A stretch of 64,000 nt of DNA from an uncultured delta proteobacterium (GTDB lineage: Bacteria > Myxococcota > Kuafuiibacteriia > Kuafuiibacteriales > Kuafuiibacteriaceae), in the NCBI GenBank assembly GCA_963803435.1, contig CAWDML010000009.1, forward strand, positions 1,440,001 through 1,504,000. Reading direction: 5' to 3'. Shown here piece by piece: positions 60,313-64,000 of this stretch. The stretch's first letter is position 1; every line of letters starts with the position of its first letter. The notes beneath the pieces were generated by a model. That model was not told where the DNA came from, searched no databases, and saw only the letters and a list, made by a program, of their open reading frames with translations. A program made the translations under genes and the position numbers.

Positions 60313-61505
60313 TCCAGCACCTCCCTGAGGACCTCTAGAACTTTGAGGTTCATCGCCCGAGTCCCGATCGTCAGTCGAATCGTATCCGGCATGTCGTAGC
60401 CGCGCATGTCCCGCACCAGCACGCCGCGGGTACGGAGCGCCTCCGCGATGGGCGCGGCCGGCTGCGGGAACCGCACCACCATGAAGTTGGCCTCGGTAGG
60501 GACGGCATACAAGCCCATCGCCTCGATCCCCTTCCGCAGCTCCGCCTTGCCGTCGCGGACCATGCGCTGGCTGCGGGCGACGTGGTCCTCGTCCTCCAGC
60601 GCCGCCAGCGCGGCGGCCTGCGCCACCATGTTCACGTTGTAGGGCTGGCGCACGCAGTCGATGTAATGAACGAGCGACGGTTCCATGACGCCGTAGCCCA
60701 CGCGCAGCGCCGCGAGCCCGTAGATCTTCGAGAAGGTCCGCAGCACCACCAGCCGCGATCGCCCGCGGAAGTCGCGGATGCTGTCCGGATAGTCCTCGGC
60801 GGTGACGTACTCGTGGTAAGCCTCGTCGACCACGACGATCACCGAGCGCGGGATCCGATCGAGGAAAGCCGCCAGCTGCCGGCGCGGGACGTAGGTACCC
60901 GTCGGATTGTTGGGGTTGGCGATGAACACCAGCTTGGTGCGGCGATCGACGAGCGCCGCCATGGCGGATAGCTCGAAGCGATCATCCCGGAGCGGCGCGA
61001 TGAGGCACTCCCGCCCGGCGGCCTGGGTCACCAGTCGATACACTGCGAAGGACGGCCACGAGGTCACCACGGTCTCGCCCGGCCCGACGAACGTTCGTAC
61101 CAACAGCTCGATCAGCTCGTTGCTTCCGTTCCCCACCACGATCTGGTCGGGGCTGGTGGCGTGGCGCTCGGCCAGAGCGGCCCGGAGGAGGGAGCAACCG
61201 CCGTCCGGGTACCAGTTGACCTCGAACAGCGCCTTCTGGGCCGCCTCGATGGCCTTCTCCGAGGGCCCCAGGACGTTCTCGTTGGCGGCCAAGCGCAGGA
61301 TCTCGGAGGTGGGCAGCCCGATGTCCTTCGCGACGTCCTGGATCGGGAGCCCCGGGCGGTACGGCGTCATGGAGGCGACGTCCGGTCCGACCAGCGTGGG
61401 ATCCATCGGCGCGCCGGGGAGGCCCCGCGCGGCCTCGGCGATCGCGCGCTCGGCCTCCGCCGCCGTGATGGGCGGAGTGGCCTTGGTGTCGCCCCTGCTG
61501 CTCAT
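60309..61505 (-). CDS. hisC: Histidinol-phosphate aminotransferase
   Basis: LAANEN, YPD, GNGSNELI, NPNNPTG, DEAY, RTFSKIYGLAALRVGY. Confidence 0.95.
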   Translation of the reverse strand: MSSRGDTKATPPITAAEAERAIAEAARGLPGAPMDPTLVGPDVASMTPYRPGLPIQDVAKDIGLPTSEILRLAANENVLGPSEKAIEAAQKALFEVNWYPDGGCSLLRAALAERHATSPDQIVVGNGSNELIELLVRTFVGPGETVVTSWPSFAVYRLVTQAAGRECLIAPLRDDRFELSAMAALVDRRTKLVFIANPNNPTGTYVPRRQLAAFLDRIPRSVIVVVDEAYHEYVTAEDYPDSIRDFRGRSRLVVLRTFSKIYGLAALRVGYGVMEPSLVHYIDCVRQPYNVNMVAQAAALAALEDEDHVARSQRMVRDGKAELRKGIEAMGLYAVPTEANFMVVRFPQPAAPIAEALRTRGVLVRDMRGYDMPDTIRLTIGTRAMNLKVLEVLREVLE

Positions 61506-61547
61506 GTCGGGGGGAAATCGTAGGGATCCGGCGCGCGAAGAGCCAGC

Positions 61548-62621
61548 CTATTTCCGCGCGCGCTTCTTGGTGACCTTCTTTTTCGTCGGGGCGGGCTCTT
61601 CGTCGGCGAGGGCGCCCAGCACGCGAAAGCGCTGGTAGCGATCGTCCCTCAGCTCGTCGGGCGACATCCTCCGCAGCTCCCTGAGCTGGTTCGACACGGC
61701 GGTCGCCAGCCGCTTGGCCGCCTCCCGGTGATCGCGATGCGCGCCGCCGAGCGGCTCAGGGACGATCTGATCGACGACGCCCAGCTTCTCCAGATCGGGC
61801 GCGGTCAACCGGAGCGCGTCGGCCGCGCGCTCGGCATACGAGGCGTCTTTGAAGAGGATCGACGCGCAACCCTCCGGTGAGATCACCGAGTAGATGCTGA
61901 ACTCGAGCATCACGATCCGGTTCGCGACGCCGATCGCGAGCGCGCCGCCGCTGCCGCCCTCGCCGATGATCGACGAGACCACCGGAACCGAGAGCCCCGC
62001 CATCCCCTCGAGCGCTTCGGCGATCGCCTGGGACTGACCGCGCTCCTCGGCGTCGATGCCGGGATAGGCGCCGGGGGTGTCGATCAGCGTGACGATGGGG
62101 ACACGAAAGCGGTCGGCCAGGTACATGAGCCGCAGCGCCTTGCGATAGCCCTCGGGCCGCGGCATCCCGAAGTTGCGCTTCACGTTCTCCTGCGTCGACC
62201 GGCCCTTCTGGTGACCGATCACCATCACCACCTCGCCGAGGAGACGGGCCAGGCCGCCGACGATGGCCGCGTCGTCGCCGAAGCGGCGGTCGCCGTGCAG
62301 CTCAGAGAAGTCGGTGAACGCGTTCTGCAGATAGTCGAGCGGGTACGGCCGATCCGGATGGCGTGCCACCTGGACCACCTGCCAGCGCGTCAGCTTGCTG
62401 AAGATCTGCTCCTTCAGGCGGCCGGCGCGCTCCTCGAGCTCGGCGATCTGATGATCGAGATCGCCCTCGACGGCGTTCTTGGCCCGCCGCTTCCCCCGGG
62501 TCTCGAAGGTCGAGACCATGTTGGTGAGACGATCGCGGCCGGCGGCCATGCGGCGCAGCTCTTCGATCTGCCGCTCCAGCTCCAAGACCGGCCGCTCGAA
62601 CTCCAGCTCGCGGGCCACCAT
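61548..62621 (-). CDS. accA: Acetyl-CoA carboxylase carboxyltransferase alpha subunit
   Basis: LEFERP, ARHPDRP, ELHGDR, NFGMPRPEGYRKA, GEGGSGGAL, SVISPEGCA. Confidence 0.97.
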   Translation of the reverse strand: MVARELEFERPVLELERQIEELRRMAAGRDRLTNMVSTFETRGKRRAKNAVEGDLDHQIAELEERAGRLKEQIFSKLTRWQVVQVARHPDRPYPLDYLQNAFTDFSELHGDRRFGDDAAIVGGLARLLGEVVMVIGHQKGRSTQENVKRNFGMPRPEGYRKALRLMYLADRFRVPIVTLIDTPGAYPGIDAEERGQSQAIAEALEGMAGLSVPVVSSIIGEGGSGGALAIGVANRIVMLEFSIYSVISPEGCASILFKDASYAERAADALRLTAPDLEKLGVVDQIVPEPLGGAHRDHREAAKRLATAVSNQLRELRRMSPDELRDDRYQRFRVLGALADEEPAPTKKKVTKKRARK

Positions 62622-62632
62622 GCGAACGGCTA

Positions 62633-63559
62633 CTACGACGCGCCGGCCTGCCTTCGCAACAACAGCTCGTGCACCGCGTCGGGCGAGGTCCCCAGCGGGA
62701 TGGGGTGGACGTCCGGCTCGCCCTTGAACCAGTTGCGCTGGCGCTTGGCGAACTGTCGTGTGGCGGTCACGGTGGCCTCGATCGCCTCGACCCGGGAGAT
62801 CGCGCCCGAGAGATGACGCACCACGTCGCGATAGCCGATGATGGAGAGGCCGGGCGCGTCGGCGGGGATCCCGCGGTCCAGGCAGGCCCGGGTCTCGGCC
62901 ACGATCCCGCGTTCGTACATCCGGCGCGCCCGCTGGGCCAGGCGCTCGGCCAGGACCGCCCTCGGCCACGCGATCAGGACCCCGATGAGCCGGTAGCGCT
63001 CCTCCTTGAAGCCATGCGCGTCCTGGAGGGCCGAGATCGGTGTCCCCGTCTGCCGGTAGACCTCGAGCGCGCGCCCGATCCGCTGCGGATCGTTCGGCAC
63101 GATCCGGGCGGCGGCCACCGGATCGATCACCGCCAGCTCTGCGTGCATCGCCGGAGCGCCGCGCTCGACGAGCGCCCGGCGGATCTCCTCACGGACGCGC
63201 GGATCGATCTCGGGGGCCGCGAAGATGCCGCGGCAGAGCGCGCGCATCCAGAGACCGGTGCCTCCGCAGAGGATCGGCGTCCGGCCGCGCGCGCGAATGT
63301 CGGCGATCGCAACGTCCGCGGCCGCCGCGAACTCGGCGGCGCTCCACTGCTGGTCGGGCTCGATGACGTCGATCAGGTGGTGGCGAGCCTGCGCCTGCTC
63401 GTCTGGCGTCGGCTTGGCGGTGCCGATGTCGAGGCCGCGGAAGACGGCGGCGGAGTCGCAGCTCACGATCTCGCCGCCGATGCGCTCGGCGAGCGCCACC
63501 GCCAGCGCCGTCTTTCCGGTGCCGGTCGGTCCCATCACCGCGAGCAGCACGCCGTTCAT
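62633..63559 (-). CDS. miaA: tRNA dimethylallyltransferase
   Basis: GPTGTGKT, DIGTAKP, GGTGLW, RALEV, TRQFAKRQ; ATGA overlap with mutL. Confidence 0.96.
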   Translation of the reverse strand: MNGVLLAVMGPTGTGKTALAVALAERIGGEIVSCDSAAVFRGLDIGTAKPTPDEQAQARHHLIDVIEPDQQWSAAEFAAAADVAIADIRARGRTPILCGGTGLWMRALCRGIFAAPEIDPRVREEIRRALVERGAPAMHAELAVIDPVAAARIVPNDPQRIGRALEVYRQTGTPISALQDAHGFKEERYRLIGVLIAWPRAVLAERLAQRARRMYERGIVAETRACLDRGIPADAPGLSIIGYRDVVRHLSGAISRVEAIEATVTATRQFAKRQRNWFKGEPDVHPIPLGTSPDAVHELLLRRQAGAS

Positions 63560-64000
63560 GTCCGGTGGAAGAGCCTCGCCAGGTGGGCCGCGCTCCACTC
63601 GACGAACACCGGCCGGCCGTGGGGACAGTGAGCGCCGAAGTCGATGCGATCCATCTCCTCGAGGAGCTCCGCGATCTCGTCGTTCGTCAGCCGATCACCC
63701 GCGCGCACCACCGCATGGCAGGCCGCACAGGAGAGCAGCAGATCGATCGACTCCTCGAACGACGTGGACGCCCCCACGTCCTTCAGCTCGTCGAGGATAT
63801 CGATCACGATGCGCTCCAGCTTCGGCTGGCCGATCGCGGTCGGGACCGTCTTGAGGAGCCAGGTGCCCTGCCCGAACGGCTCCAGCTCGAAGCCGATCGA
63901 GCGCAGGCGCTCCTGTTCGTCGGCCGCGATCTGCGCGCGCGCCGGATCCAGCTCGATCGGGAACGGGATCAACAGCGGCTGGACCTCGACCGCACGGGCG
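63556..64000 (-). CDS. mutL: DNA mismatch repair protein MutL, 3' part
   Basis: QPLLIP, ACHAVVRAG, HCPHGRP endonuclease-domain motifs; mutL-miaA order. Confidence 0.95.
   Translation of the reverse strand, partial: ARAVEVQPLLIPFPIELDPARAQIAADEQERLRSIGFELEPFGQGTWLLKTVPTAIGQPKLERIVIDILDELKDVGASTSFEESIDLLLSCAACHAVVRAGDRLTNDEIAELLEEMDRIDFGAHCPHGRPVFVEWSAAHLARLFHRT

Overview
About 70% GC, gene-dense bacterial chromosome segment. It is most consistent with a Myxococcota-like organism: aglRQS-type motor, myxobacterial OMP barrels, a MYXO-CTERM-like tail, PEGA kinase, FHA and cNMP proteins. The right half is mostly housekeeping: mutL-miaA-accA-hisC-aroA, cmk, rpsA, topB, purSQL, ompH, aroC. The standout is an uninterrupted + strand cluster at about 14.2-25.5 kb. 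It pairs a flagellar-type MotA/MotB stator (torque-interface Arg/Glu retained) with one membrane protein that reads as a miniature FliF(RBM3)-TM-FliG fusion. Around these are outer-membrane barrels, a CsgG/FlgO-like domain, a TonB/AgmX-type linker, lipoproteins and TPR proteins, and no flagellar export, rod, hook or filament genes are in the window. This is a candidate non-flagellar rotary envelope machine. Many genes carry single-base frameshifts, probably consensus errors. No rRNA, tRNA, CRISPR array or IS element was recognised. All homology calls come from motif recognition by eye, not database searches.
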